Positions 29,142 to 40,186 of a stretch of DNA of 64,000 nucleotides are shown piece after piece. The translations under genes and the position numbers were made by a program. The DNA comes from a bacterium (GTDB lineage: Bacteria; SZUA-182; DTGQ01): contig JBFMGO010000003.1 in assembly GCA_040752695.1 (NCBI GenBank), positions 47,407 to 111,406 on the forward strand. Reading direction: 5' to 3'. The notes beneath the pieces were generated by a model. It was not told the origin of the DNA, searched no databases, and saw nothing but the letters and a program-made list of their open reading frames with translations. Every line of letters begins with the position of its first letter. Position 1 is the first letter of the stretch.

Positions 29142-30629
29142 TTAAATCAGTTCCACGCCTTGGCGTTCGATCAGTTCCACGCTCTGGTGTTCGATCAGTT
29201 CTTCGCTGTCCAGGGTTCCGAAACCCAGATCGGCTCCCTGCATGATCAGTACATCCTGAATATCCAGGATAGGGACCTCTCTGGTAGACCTGCCGGTGCG
29301 GGCAGCGAGTGCGGCACACACACCTGCGGCCTGGCCGGTGGCGATGGCAATGGGCATGACACGATAGGAGGAGTGAGCTTCATGGGTTCCGGAAATACAA
29401 CGTCCGGCAAGCAGCAGATTCTCCGCTCCCTTGGCAAGAAGGCTGCGCAGAGGGATATCGTATGCTTCTCCAGGAGCCACATGCCTCAAGGTGGTCCCGC
29501 TTCCTTTCGGGTTATGGATGTCCATCGGATAAGAGCCGCGGGCAATGACGTCATTGAATTTTCTGGCTTTCAGGATATCTTCTGGTGTAAGCTGATAATC
29601 TCCTATGATTCTCCTTGTTTCCCTCACGCCGATATGTGATCCGCTCTGGGCGATATAAGCATTTTCAAACCCGGGTACATAGCGGCGCAGGAAGGCGGCA
29701 ATCCGGCCCATCTGCCTGCGGCCTTCACATTCTGCCAAGGACAGGTCCCAGACGTTCGTACCCAATACACCGAGCACCCGCGTGCTGTTGACACAAACCT
29801 CGCGTTCATGGGGTGTACCAAAAAACAGGATATCTTCCCGTGACAGTTCAAGGTCTTCGGCATCGGTCGCCTTGCGGATAAGATCCCTTAAGCCGTGCAC
29901 ACCGTGCCATTGATCAGGATGCCGTCTCACATAGTTCTCAAAAGCGTATCTGTTAAATTCGCCCATGTGAAACATCAGGGTCATAGGCTGCACCGATCCA
30001 TCATTTTCCCGCCCGATCTCGAACGGGACCCCGGCTCTCTCAGCGATATCCCCATCACCTGTACAGTCTATGACGGTTTTGGCCTTAATGACAAGAGGTC
30101 CGGACTTGGTCTCGAAAACAACGCCTTCCACCCTCTGATCGCCGATAACATCGCTGGCTACCGCGTGAAACAGAAAGTGAACACCGGCCTCACCGAGTAA
30201 TTCCATGGCAACCAGTTTCATTATTTCCGGGTCAAACGGCACAACAAAACCCGTACGGGGAGATGGGGGAATAGCCCCGCCCCGCTCGACCATGCGGTTT
30301 ACCAGGATATCAAGCACACCGCCAATAACGGGTTCTCCCCCACCGTGATCAGTAGGAAAGAGCGTGGTTGCCCCGCGTCTCTCCGGCCTTGGCCTCTGGG
30401 TATAATAAGACATAAAAATCGTGACCAGAGCGGCAGTTGCGCTGCCGCCAAGAAAGCCATACCGCTCAGCCAGAATCACTTTGGCGCCGGTCATGGCTGC
30501 ACCAAGGGCCGCACCGATCCCGGCAGGTCCTCCGCCGACTACCAGTACGTCGGTTTCTGCTGCGACTTTAGCTCGCCGGGGTGGCAAAATAAGGGTATCT
30601 GGATTTTCAGGCCTTGGAAGAGAAGACAT
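29142..30629 (-). CDS. FAD-dependent oxidoreductase (FAD_oxidored family)
   Basis: VVGGGPAG, IDCTGDGD, GVRETRRI, AGRCIS, RVM...GQAAG. Confidence 0.9.
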   Translation of the reverse strand: MSSLPRPENPDTLILPPRRAKVAAETDVLVVGGGPAGIGAALGAAMTGAKVILAERYGFLGGSATAALVTIFMSYYTQRPRPERRGATTLFPTDHGGGEPVIGGVLDILVNRMVERGGAIPPSPRTGFVVPFDPEIMKLVAMELLGEAGVHFLFHAVASDVIGDQRVEGVVFETKSGPLVIKAKTVIDCTGDGDIAERAGVPFEIGRENDGSVQPMTLMFHMGEFNRYAFENYVRRHPDQWHGVHGLRDLIRKATDAEDLELSREDILFFGTPHEREVCVNSTRVLGVLGTNVWDLSLAECEGRRQMGRIAAFLRRYVPGFENAYIAQSGSHIGVRETRRIIGDYQLTPEDILKARKFNDVIARGSYPMDIHNPKGSGTTLRHVAPGEAYDIPLRSLLAKGAENLLLAGRCISGTHEAHSSYRVMPIAIATGQAAGVCAALAARTGRSTREVPILDIQDVLIMQGADLGFGTLDSEELIEHQSVELIERQGVELI

Positions 30630-30705
30630 GTTTATTTTCCCCCTGTCAGAAAGAGCTCTTTTGGGATTTTCTCCTTAATCACCAAGAGCTCTTTCCGATT
30701 CGTTT

Positions 30706-30810
30706 TTTCAAGATCTTTTCGAAACTCCGTCAGATCTTTTCGAGACCTTTTTGAAACCTCGTCAGATCGTTTCGAAACTTCGTCAGATTTTTTTTAAATC
30801 TCGTTAGTCT
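30706..30810. repeat. Degenerate 21-bp tandem repeat, intergenic
   Basis: Units like tcagatcttttcgaaactccg repeated about 4-5 times. Confidence 0.7.
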
Positions 30811-31114
30811 TTCATACTAACTTTTAAAATCTTATTATACCACTTTGTTCTCATAAATGGAGTAAAATTTACATACTTTTTTACCTAAAATAAGTATTAT
30901 CTTCATTATATTACTTATTTATAACGAGATCAGGATCACTTGACAATTTCTCATTGACATTTGCAAAGTCCGTCGAATAGAATGAAAGAGTAGGCTATGG
31001 GAAAGAGTAAGCTGTATGAATGGTTAACCGCCCACTGCTTATAAGCGGAACATTCAGTGGAGTGGTTGAAGGAAACAGGACAAAGAGGGTACTTAGGAGA
31101 TAAGGGGGGAAGGT

Positions 31115-31597
31115 ATGGAATTCCTGACGGTTACACTATCCATTCCAGAAGGATGCAATCTTATTTTCGGGCAGACGCACTTTATCAAAAGCGTGGAGGA
31201 TTTATTCGAAACGATGCGCACCGCCTGCCCTCAGGCGAAATTCGGTCTTGCTTTCAGCGAGGCTTCCGGTGATTGCCTGATCCGGTTCGAGGGGAATGAC
31301 CAGCAGTTGCTGGAGGCTGCCTGCGGCAACCTGGAGAAAATTGCAGCAGGCCACGTATTTTTGATTTTCCTTAAAGATGCCTTTCCGATCAATGTGCTCA
31401 ACGCCATCAAAGCCTGTCCCGAAGTGTGCTCGATCTTTTGCGCTACTGCCAATCCTGTCGAAGTGATCATTGCAAAGACCAGCCAGGGCCGGGGAGTGAT
31501 GGGGATTATCGACGGCTATCAGCCAAAGGGGATTGAGCAGGAGAAAGACCGGCAGGCCAGGAAGGATCTTCTGCGAAAGCTGTCATATAAACTATGA
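31115..31597 (+). CDS. Adenosine-specific kinase family protein (DUF355)
   Basis: GQTHFIKSVED, FSEASG, AGH, FPINVLN, CATANP, GRG...DG. Confidence 0.9.
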   Translation: MEFLTVTLSIPEGCNLIFGQTHFIKSVEDLFETMRTACPQAKFGLAFSEASGDCLIRFEGNDQQLLEAACGNLEKIAAGHVFLIFLKDAFPINVLNAIKACPEVCSIFCATANPVEVIIAKTSQGRGVMGIIDGYQPKGIEQEKDRQARKDLLRKLSYKL

Positions 31598-31739
31598 CCA
31601 GACCTGCATAAAGATCCTTGTCCATCCGAAATGCTCATGAAGGCTGCAAAATGCTCATTACAGCATAAGGATCATTACAGCAAAAGAGCCATAGTGCGTG
31701 ATTTCTTCCACGCTTTAGGGGACTTACAGAAAAAAAACA

Positions 31740-32906
31740 ATGCAGGCTCTCATTCATGCGAAAATCATTACTCCCCTTGAGGAAATCGAAAACGGCACTC
31801 TCCTGATCAGGGACAGGAAAATCCAGGCGATCGGCCAGGAGCACGAGGTCTTTATCCCTAAAAAGGCAGAGATTTTCGATGCAGGGGGAAAGATTGTCTG
31901 TCCGGGCTTTATTGACATCCATCTTCATGGCGCCAGGGGATATGATTTTGCCGAAGCAACGAAAGAGGCGATACAGGAAATCATCGGTTTTCATCTTGCA
32001 CACGGGACTACCTCATTTCTCCCTACGCTGATTTCTCTGCCCGATCAGGAACTGGCCAGGGTCTTGGAGGAGTTGCCAAAGGCATGGTCAGAGACGGACT
32101 ATGCATCCTCTTTTTTAGGGATACATCTGGAAGGCCCTTTTCTGAACCCTGCCTGCAAGGGCGTACATAATGCCCATTATTTATGCTCTCCTTCGATCGA
32201 GAAGGCTGAATCTTTCCTTATCGCTTCTGCCGGAGCGGTGCGGATGATCACCCTGGCACCGGAATTGCCTCATTCATTGGAGATAATTCAGTACTTAAGC
32301 CAGAGGAAGGTAATCGTCTCTCTCGGGCATTCCAATGCCACCTATCGGCAGGTCGAGCTGGCGGTCAGGCAAGGTCTCGTTCACGTTACCCACACTTTCA
32401 ACGCTATGGCCGGACTGCATCACCGGGAACCGGGGGCTGTTGGGGCAGCATTGGATATCAACGAGTTATCAGCCGATATTATTGCAGATACAAAACATGT
32501 GCATCCTGCGGCTTTACGGCTGCTCTGGCGGCAAAAGGGGGAAGATATGGTGATCCTCATTACTGATGCCAGTCCTGTCGCGGGGCTGCCTTCGGGAACA
32601 TACCCGCTCTGGGGCCGGGATGTCCGGCTGGATAGTGATTCGGTAATCACTACGGATTCGGCCCAACTGGCAGGCAGTGCCACAACGATGGACAATTCGC
32701 TCAGGCGATTTCAGGCAGCGACCGGCTGCACGTACAAGCAGGCTATACAGCTTGCAACCTATAATCCTGCTGCCCTTCTGGGGATTGATCGCCAAAAGGG
32801 TCTTTTGGCCAAAGGGAGTGATGCGGATCTGGTCGTCATGGATGAGGACTTTCGGATTGAGGCAGTGATTGTCTGCGGGAAATTTCTTAAAAGGAGGCAG
32901 GTATGA
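31740..32906 (+). CDS. nagA: N-acetylglucosamine-6-phosphate deacetylase
   Basis: PGFIDIHLHG, HLEGPF, TLAPE, GHSNA, THTFNAM, ITDA, LAGS. Confidence 0.95.
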   Translation: MQALIHAKIITPLEEIENGTLLIRDRKIQAIGQEHEVFIPKKAEIFDAGGKIVCPGFIDIHLHGARGYDFAEATKEAIQEIIGFHLAHGTTSFLPTLISLPDQELARVLEELPKAWSETDYASSFLGIHLEGPFLNPACKGVHNAHYLCSPSIEKAESFLIASAGAVRMITLAPELPHSLEIIQYLSQRKVIVSLGHSNATYRQVELAVRQGLVHVTHTFNAMAGLHHREPGAVGAALDINELSADIIADTKHVHPAALRLLWRQKGEDMVILITDASPVAGLPSGTYPLWGRDVRLDSDSVITTDSAQLAGSATTMDNSLRRFQAATGCTYKQAIQLATYNPAALLGIDRQKGLLAKGSDADLVVMDEDFRIEAVIVCGKFLKRRQV

Positions 32907-35182
32907 GCAACAGGAGAGCATTCCTTTATCTGACATATATCTGGGTGATTCTGCTGTCGTTTCTGTGCCAGCGCAATGGGTATTCCGCTCAGCAACGCAA
33001 GGCTGGTGCAGACAGGGGAAAGCAACGCATCAGCAGGCCCCGCTCCGCTTTTTCCTTGAAAAGCGAATCCATGAAGGCATCCACTCCTCCTTCGAACAAT
33101 TTCTGTAATGGTGTCAATGAATATCACCGGGGCAGCTATGCGAAGGCCAGTGACTATCTGAAGGCAGCCCGGTCCGATTCCCATGATCTTTCGGACTATG
33201 TCCTTTACTATCTTGGACGGTCTTTGGAAGAGCTTGGCGAGCAGCAGCAGGCGATTTCCATCTTTCAGGAACTCCTTGCGCAGTACCCGCAAAGCAGGTT
33301 TACTCCGAAGGCAACCGTAAAGGTGGCTGATCTTTTCTTCTTGCTGAAAAAATATGATAGTGCCAGGGAGTATTACCAAAAAAGCCTGGACCACGTGCCG
33401 GACAGGAAAGATTACATCCTCTTTCAGACTGCACTCTCCTTCATGGACGAAAAAAAGTGGAGAGAGGCACGCTCCGTTCTCAAAAAAATCCTTACTCAAT
33501 TTCCTTGCAGTCAGTATGCCAAGCTGAGTACCCTGTGCAATCAGGAACTGGAAAAAGAATACCACCTTGAACCGTTGAGCTTTTCCGAAGAAGAACAAAT
33601 GGACATAATCCAGTCAAGTATCAGTGATGGTGAATATAAGCAGGCGATGGAGAAGATCGAACAGTTGAGGAAGCGGCCTTCTTTATCTTCCGGCTGCAAA
33701 TCACATCTTCTCTACCAGGAAGCCAAGTGCTATTCAAAATTGGGTCAAAAGGACAAGACACTGGAAACCCTGCGCAAGCTGGTCAGCCTCTACCCGGCTT
33801 CGGACGACGTCGATAGCTCCCTGCTCCTGATGGGCTACATCCTGTGGAACCAGGACCGGGATGCCGAGGCTCTTGAAATCTATAGCGAGGTCACTAAAAA
33901 GTTCGGCAAAAGGCCTGACGTTGCAGATAAGGCGTGGTATCATATGGGCCGTATCCATGAGCAGGGCGGAAATTACCAAAAGGCCATTTCCTGTTTCGGG
34001 AACCTGACCCGGACTTTTTCCAGGAGCGATCACTATCCGGAGGCCCTCTGGAGAATTGGCTGGGATTATTATCAGCAGGGGAAATTCCAGGAGGCCAGAG
34101 TGCACTTCAAGAATGGTCTGACCAAGGTTGACGACCCTTCAGACAGGCACCAGTTTTTATACTGGCAGGCCAGGTCAGCCGAAAAGAGTCACGATTCAGA
34201 AGGTGCTCTTGAGCTTTACCGCACTCTTGTCAGCGATACCAGTTTTTCGTATTATAGCTGGCTGGCACGGCAGCGCATTGAGGACTGGACCGCTCCTCCC
34301 CTTAAGACATCATTTCCGGGCAAGGTTGGCGTCACCAGGGTGAGTTATTCATCCGAGGTCTACTTTCATCTGGGCAGGGCCAAAAAACTGCTGGAATACC
34401 GGCTGAAGGATGAGGCAAAAGGAGAAGTCAAAGTCCTGATGGACCTGCGGGAGTCAGATCCCTGGTACTGGTATAACCTGAGTAAACTGGCACAGGAGGC
34501 AGGGCTGCACCGTGAGGCGGTTTTAGCCGGCTGGCGCTGCCAGCGGTCGCTTGCCAGGCAGGGCAAATCGGAAACGTACTCAGATGTATTGGAACTTTTA
34601 TATCCCCTGCATTATTGGGAGCATATTCAAAAATACACAGACGAGTACAACCTTGATCCCTTGATCGTTTGCTCTCTCATGCGCCAGGAAAGCATGTTCG
34701 ATCCCCAGAGTCTGTCCAGAGCGCGCGCCTATGGACTGATGCAGATCATCCCGAGTACGGCCAGAATGATCGCCTCACGGCTCAAAGCCTATGGAGGCAG
34801 GCATTTTAACGTTGAAAGACTCTACGATCCCGAGACCAATATCGCCTTTGGCTGCTGGTACCTGGCCGATTTGCTGCAAAGACTCGAAGGCAATGTGATC
34901 TACGCCCTCATATCCTATAATGCCGGAGAGGATGCACTCAAAAAATGGCGCGATCAGTACGCAACGGCAACCCTCGATGAATTCGTCGAAATGATCTCCT
35001 ACAAGGAGACGCGAGACTATGTCAAGAAAGTGATCAGGAATTATGGCCACTACTCATGGTTGTACAGTAATCAGGCAACTTCCTCAAATCAGGCAATTTC
35101 CTCCTCACCCGGACAGATGAAGGGGCAGGGCAGTCAGGTAGAAGGAAAATCCGACCGAGAGAACCGGGAGAGTGAGGGGTAA
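32903..35182 (+). CDS. slt: Soluble lytic murein transglycosylase with TPR repeats
   Basis: TPRs; MRQES, AYGLMQIIPST, SYNAG, ETRDYVKKV. Confidence 0.9.
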   Translation: MSNRRAFLYLTYIWVILLSFLCQRNGYSAQQRKAGADRGKQRISRPRSAFSLKSESMKASTPPSNNFCNGVNEYHRGSYAKASDYLKAARSDSHDLSDYVLYYLGRSLEELGEQQQAISIFQELLAQYPQSRFTPKATVKVADLFFLLKKYDSAREYYQKSLDHVPDRKDYILFQTALSFMDEKKWREARSVLKKILTQFPCSQYAKLSTLCNQELEKEYHLEPLSFSEEEQMDIIQSSISDGEYKQAMEKIEQLRKRPSLSSGCKSHLLYQEAKCYSKLGQKDKTLETLRKLVSLYPASDDVDSSLLLMGYILWNQDRDAEALEIYSEVTKKFGKRPDVADKAWYHMGRIHEQGGNYQKAISCFGNLTRTFSRSDHYPEALWRIGWDYYQQGKFQEARVHFKNGLTKVDDPSDRHQFLYWQARSAEKSHDSEGALELYRTLVSDTSFSYYSWLARQRIEDWTAPPLKTSFPGKVGVTRVSYSSEVYFHLGRAKKLLEYRLKDEAKGEVKVLMDLRESDPWYWYNLSKLAQEAGLHREAVLAGWRCQRSLARQGKSETYSDVLELLYPLHYWEHIQKYTDEYNLDPLIVCSLMRQESMFDPQSLSRARAYGLMQIIPSTARMIASRLKAYGGRHFNVERLYDPETNIAFGCWYLADLLQRLEGNVIYALISYNAGEDALKKWRDQYATATLDEFVEMISYKETRDYVKKVIRNYGHYSWLYSNQATSSNQAISSSPGQMKGQGSQVEGKSDRENRESEG

Positions 35183-35243
35183 AAATTCGTACACTGGTAA
35201 CCAGGGGGAGGGAGGGATGAAGAATTGGTGTCATTATTGCCTG

Positions 35244-35292
35244 TCCTGAGACTTCAAAACGATAGGTAATCCTGAGACTTCAAAACGATAGG
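35244..35292. repeat. 23-bp direct repeat pair
   Basis: tcctgagacttcaaaacgatagg at 35244-35266 and 35270-35292. Confidence 0.85.
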
Positions 35293-35373
35293 CGGGACAT
35301 TTCTGTCCCGCCCTACTCGTCCTGTATGATACGTGAGGGGGAATTGGGAGATTTTTCCCCCTCCCTCATCCAG

Positions 35374-37737
35374 TTAATCCAGGCAGGAAGGCTTCCCTAG
35401 AAATTTCCGGAAAATGCAAAGAGCATCGAGTGGGGTAACTTTGCCATTATCATCCACATCAGCGCAATCGGAGCAGGAGCCGGAGCCAAGATAGCACCTG
35501 AAAGCGATCAGAGCATCCCCAGGAGTGACACTGCCATCTTCGTTAAGATCCTCATCGCACTTGATGCAGAAGCATCCTCCTGTTGAGGAAAATTCAACCA
35601 GATGATCCTCCAGATTCTCCAATTGCAAAGGATAGCAGCTATTATTTTGACCACCTATTACCATGAACTTCAACCACACCAGGCGGCCGCTTGCACCTCT
35701 AGGGATTTGATGCTCGTCGGTATATCCTCCCACTCTCAGTCTGTTCCAATCGATCGGGTGAACCTCAACCGTTTCAAAAGAGCTTGTCAGGTCTCCCCGC
35801 TCTACCTCTATGTATTCCAGAACAGCCGGATCATACGTCACTTCAAAGCCAAAGCTATTAACCTCATTGGATGCGGATTGAATTCTTACGGGAATTGTAA
35901 CCTCTTGGCCGATTCTCCCATTACTCCGTTCGATATCCAATGTCCCTAGGTCATTTTCCTCACAGCCATCGTCTGGACCTACAGAATTATACTCATAGGC
36001 TCCTATATCAGTAACAGCCACACCGTCACTGTCACCATCCTGGGGCCTTGGCGTTCCATCCAGATCCGCATCCGGTGCACCCTCATGAGTACCTGCGTCG
36101 ATACAGGGTGAACCAGGGTTAAGGTGATAGTCGTCAGCAGAAGGGTTAACGAATGAAGGATCGGCATCGATGTTAGCCGTGCCATCCCATCCGCCTTCGA
36201 TATCGGAGTAGGTGATATTGAATGCGCCGCTGTATTCAAGTAATTGACCTCCGGTATTTCCCCGGATAATGCAATTGGTTATATCAGCATAGCCAGCCAG
36301 AGCTATGCCGCCTCCATTCTCCGATGGGGCATGATTCTCGCAAATAGTAGAGTTGATAATCAGGGCATGACTGCTATCGGTGATCTGAATCCCGCCGCCC
36401 GCTATCGTTCCGCCTGAATCGTTGGCTGTATTGTGAATGATCAGGCAATTCCTGACCATGGCTTCAGCCGCACTCATGGATATTCCGCCTCCATCGTCCT
36501 GGGCTTCGTTACCACGAATGACGCTGTTTTCTATGGTAACAGGCGTGTCGTTGCCTGCCATGCCAAAGTGAATTCCTCCACCGAATATCGCAGCGGTATT
36601 CTCTGCAATGGTGCAGCCGGTGATAGTCGGCGAGGAATACTCCGTATAAATCCCGCCGCCATAGCTTTCAGAAGAATTATGAATAATAGTGCAATTGACG
36701 ATACTTGCCAAAGAAGAGCCGTAGCAGGTAATTCCACCACCCCAGGAAGCTGAATTTTCCTGAATGGTGCAGTTTTCGATACGCGGGGAGGAGAAACAGC
36801 GAATCCCGCCACCATAGGCAGCCGAATTCCCCTGAATGGTGCAATCGGAGATAATTGGTGAGGGGTTGGACTCGCAACTGATTCCTCCCCCATCGTGGGA
36901 GGCCGAATTCATACTGAAAGTGCAATGAGTAATGGTCAGGGAGGAATCGGGAGGGAAATCGGCAGATACGCACTGGATTCCGCCGCCGTCATCGGTGGCT
37001 GAATTTTCCGTAAAGGTGCAGCCGGTGATGATTGGCGAGGAGTTATTGCTATAGATTCCGCCGCCGTAATCGGCGGCATTTTGATAAAAGGTGCAGTCGG
37101 TAATGGCTGGTGAACAGAGGTCAAAGCAGGTAATTCCACCACCGTAGCTGCCTTGATTCGCACTTATGGTACAGTTGGCGATGGTTGGCGATGACGAGGA
37201 TAGACAGCGAATTCCGCCACCCCAGTCAGCTGTATTTCCGGTAATCGTACAATGAGTGATAGTTGGGGAAGAGGAAACGCAACTGATTCCGCCACCTTCG
37301 CCTGCATGACCATTTTGCACGGTAAATCCAGCCAGGATAGAGTCGCTGCCCTCACCGCTTTCGAACGTGATCACGGTCGCTTCCAGATTACTGCCATCGA
37401 TAATGGTAGCGGCCACTACATTCGGATCATCAGGATTGGTACTCGTGAGCGTTATTGCCTTACCCTGAAAGGAAATGCGCTCATAATACACGCCGGGGTC
37501 CACGACAATCACATCGCCATCTGCGGCAGCATCGATGGCTACCATAATACTCTCGCCATCATGAACATGTACCTCTGCTGCTTCCACTCTGGGCGCATGA
37601 ACTGTCAATACTCCAAGCGTACTGAGCATGCCCAGCAAACCCAGGATGCCCAGCCTACTCAGTATATTCAGTCTATCCAATTTATTCAGCATATCCATTA
37701 ATCTAAAAACAATACCTGACGGTATTCTTTTTCCCAT
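35374..37737 (-). CDS. Secreted right-handed beta-helix repeat protein with C-terminal cohesin and dockerin-like domains
   Basis: Repeated NxAxxGGGI.C...SPxIxxC; DYHL..GSPCIDAG; DIGAYE; VTIPVRI...FGFEVTYD; two D-x-N/D-x-D/N-G-x-V-T-P-x-D-A-L repeats; start placed at ATG 37737 after aggag. Confidence 0.87.
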   Translation of the reverse strand: MGKRIPSGIVFRLMDMLNKLDRLNILSRLGILGLLGMLSTLGVLTVHAPRVEAAEVHVHDGESIMVAIDAAADGDVIVVDPGVYYERISFQGKAITLTSTNPDDPNVVAATIIDGSNLEATVITFESGEGSDSILAGFTVQNGHAGEGGGISCVSSSPTITHCTITGNTADWGGGIRCLSSSSPTIANCTISANQGSYGGGITCFDLCSPAITDCTFYQNAADYGGGIYSNNSSPIITGCTFTENSATDDGGGIQCVSADFPPDSSLTITHCTFSMNSASHDGGGISCESNPSPIISDCTIQGNSAAYGGGIRCFSSPRIENCTIQENSASWGGGITCYGSSLASIVNCTIIHNSSESYGGGIYTEYSSPTITGCTIAENTAAIFGGGIHFGMAGNDTPVTIENSVIRGNEAQDDGGGISMSAAEAMVRNCLIIHNTANDSGGTIAGGGIQITDSSHALIINSTICENHAPSENGGGIALAGYADITNCIIRGNTGGQLLEYSGAFNITYSDIEGGWDGTANIDADPSFVNPSADDYHLNPGSPCIDAGTHEGAPDADLDGTPRPQDGDSDGVAVTDIGAYEYNSVGPDDGCEENDLGTLDIERSNGRIGQEVTIPVRIQSASNEVNSFGFEVTYDPAVLEYIEVERGDLTSSFETVEVHPIDWNRLRVGGYTDEHQIPRGASGRLVWLKFMVIGGQNNSCYPLQLENLEDHLVEFSSTGGCFCIKCDEDLNEDGSVTPGDALIAFRCYLGSGSCSDCADVDDNGKVTPLDALCIFRKFLGKPSCLD

Positions 37738-38218
37738 GATTTTCTTCTCTCCTCGTATGGGCAAAAGTACAGATACTATAGAAATAACCAATCCGATAGC
37801 TAAAAAACATTTATGCGCTTAGGCGCTTAGCGAGTTCACATGGGTTCTTAACTGCCTGCCTTCGGTTACCATAGGCAGTCAGTTGGTCTGTCCTGAAGAA
37901 GCTTCTTCAGGAGGGGGGGGCAAGTAAAGCCTCATTGTAGTAACAGGCTGCAAGCATTCATACTTTTTCTCCCTCCTTTCCTATAAGTTAGCTTATTAAT
38001 TGGTGATTATTTCATGTGGGTAATTATTATAAATATTGATAATCAATATAATGTAAATATAATATTAATTTAACATGTTGTAGATGACTTGTCAAAAAAA
38101 ACAGATTTTTCAGAAGCGGTTAGAGTCATCATATAAAGCCATTGATTTTAGACCTATACTTGCAAGTAACTTCAACCTTTGATATATTACCACCTAATAT
38201 TTAATACATTGACCTTGA

Positions 38219-38251
38219 GTACACTGGCCGGGGAATTCCCGGCCAGTGTAC
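38219..38251. other. Perfect 14-bp-stem hairpin upstream of the D-aminoacylase gene
   Basis: gtacactggccggg / cccggccagtgtac. Confidence 0.6.
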
Positions 38252-38316
38252 CTGGCATTTTATGAAGGTGCAGAGTGAGCACTTAGCTTGACAATGAATA
38301 CTCATGGAAAGAGACC

Positions 38317-39948
38317 ATGCCTATGTATGACCTTCTGATTCGACAGGCCCAAATTGTCGATGGTATAGGTCAGCCTTCTTACGTGGCAGACATTGGGATT
38401 GCAGGAGAGCGAATAGCCTGGATCGGAGCCGCTGACACAGGGCGAGCGCCCAAAGAGGGTAGTGCCACAAGGCGAGCGCCAAACGGGAAGAGAATTATCG
38501 ACGCGAAAGGGCTTGTTCTTGCACCCGGTTTTGTGGATATGCACAGCCATTCCGATTATACTCTCCTTATCGATAACCGGGCCGAGAGTAAGCTCAGGCA
38601 GGGAGTCACTACCGAAGTGGTGGGAAACTGCGGGTACTCTGCCGCTCCCGTATACTCTCCCCTGCTTGAGGAGAGAAGGTCGGAATACGAAGGGCTTTAC
38701 GGCCTTCGGCTCGATTGGCGCACGTTTCCCGAATACCTCGAACGGGTTGAGGCTTCCTCTCCTTCCATCAACGCTGTTTTTCTCGTCGGGCACAACACGA
38801 TCCGCGCATCAGCCATGGGATTCGGTGATCTTCCGCCCTCCCGGGAGCACATGACCCGCATGGAAAGCCTGGTAGATGAAGCTCTCGACTGTGGCGCTTT
38901 TGGGTTATCTACCGGCCTTTTTTACGCTCCTGCCTGTTTTGCCCGGAAGGAGGAATTGATTCAACTGGCTAAAAGGGTCTCAAGGCGCGGGGGCATCCTG
39001 ACTTCCCATATCCGCAGTGAAGGAAAGTATCTTATCGAGGCTCTGGAAGAGATCCTGGCCATTGCCAAAGGTGCTGAAGTTCCTCTTGAAATTTCCCACC
39101 TTAAGACTTTTGGCAGGGAGAATTGGCGGAAACTGGACCAGGCCCTTGAAATGATTGAGTCAGCGCGGCATCAGGGTCTTGAGGTCACGTTCGATCGCTA
39201 CCCTTATCTGGCGGCTTCGACCAGCCTCCAATCCCTCCTGCCGGATTGGGCCCAGGCCGGCGGCCCCAGGGCCATTGTGCACAGAATCATGGATCCTTCG
39301 ACCCGGCGTAAGCTTGTTCATTATCTGCTCACCGAATACCGGGACGAGGATTACTGGGCATCGATTTTTATTTCCCTGGTAGCAGACGATGCGCATAAAG
39401 AGTGGGAAGGGCTGAATCTCACCCAACTGGCTCAGATTCAGGGGACATCTTCAGCCGAAGCTGCCCTTGATCTTCTTGTACAGGAGAGGACCCAGGTTGA
39501 GATCGTCCAGTTTGCCATGAGTGAGGAAAATCTGGCCAGGATCATCCGGCATCCTCTGGCCATGATCGGCTCGGACTCGAGTTCCAGATCCGCCGATGGC
39601 CCTTTAAGGATAGGAAAGCCACACCCCAGGGCTTTTGGCACTTTTGCACGAGTCATCCGGGAATTTTGTCTCGATAAGCGGATACTCTCCCTCGAAGAGG
39701 GAGTGCGAAAAATGACCGCCCTCCCCTGCCAGAAACTCGGCCTCAAGGATCGCGGCCAGATCAGGGAAGGGATGATTGCAGACCTTTTGCTTTTCGATCC
39801 GGAGAGTATCTTTGATCAGGCCACCTATCAAAATCCGTTCCAGTACCCTCCGGGCATACGACTGGTCATGGTGAATGGCCGGATCTGTATTGAGGAGGAT
39901 TCTTCCCTTCGTCCGGGACAGGGGAAAATCCTGCTGCGGGGACAATGA
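38317..39948 (+). CDS. N-acyl-D-amino-acid deacylase (D-aminoacylase) family amidohydrolase
   Basis: PGFVDMHSHSD, GNCG, SHIRSE, ISHLK, GSD, PHPRAFGTF. Confidence 0.92.
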   Translation: MPMYDLLIRQAQIVDGIGQPSYVADIGIAGERIAWIGAADTGRAPKEGSATRRAPNGKRIIDAKGLVLAPGFVDMHSHSDYTLLIDNRAESKLRQGVTTEVVGNCGYSAAPVYSPLLEERRSEYEGLYGLRLDWRTFPEYLERVEASSPSINAVFLVGHNTIRASAMGFGDLPPSREHMTRMESLVDEALDCGAFGLSTGLFYAPACFARKEELIQLAKRVSRRGGILTSHIRSEGKYLIEALEEILAIAKGAEVPLEISHLKTFGRENWRKLDQALEMIESARHQGLEVTFDRYPYLAASTSLQSLLPDWAQAGGPRAIVHRIMDPSTRRKLVHYLLTEYRDEDYWASIFISLVADDAHKEWEGLNLTQLAQIQGTSSAEAALDLLVQERTQVEIVQFAMSEENLARIIRHPLAMIGSDSSSRSADGPLRIGKPHPRAFGTFARVIREFCLDKRILSLEEGVRKMTALPCQKLGLKDRGQIREGMIADLLLFDPESIFDQATYQNPFQYPPGIRLVMVNGRICIEEDSSLRPGQGKILLRGQ

Positions 39949-40090
39949 CACCATCAATGGAGAAAATTGATAAACAATTGGTCACCATTGTTCGAAATTT
40001 CTACTCGTCCTGACAAGGGTCAAAAAATCATAAACTAGATATTTCAACTGGTTAGCGACAAAAATCATTTTCATTGTCAAGGGAAATTCC

Positions 40091-40105
40091 TGGCATCCAG
40101 TTTGC
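40091..40105 (+). promoter_or_regulatory. Putative sigma54 promoter of the response regulator
   Basis: TGGCATCCAGTTTGC (GG-N10-GC). Confidence 0.65.
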
Positions 40106-40186
40106 TTTTTAGTAAGCACGATACCAAAAAGCGCGATGTCCACCAATTACACCTGTTTTTATTTAACATAAAGGGGATGAACTTTT

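Noticed and set aside
30706..30810. Possible CRISPR or iteron array
   Set aside because: Degenerate contiguous 21-mers with no spacers and no replication gene nearby
37860..37960. Selenocysteine read-through of the MNACSLLLQ-TGA mini-ORF
   Set aside because: The extended peptide is short, has no redox motif around the TGA and resembles no known family
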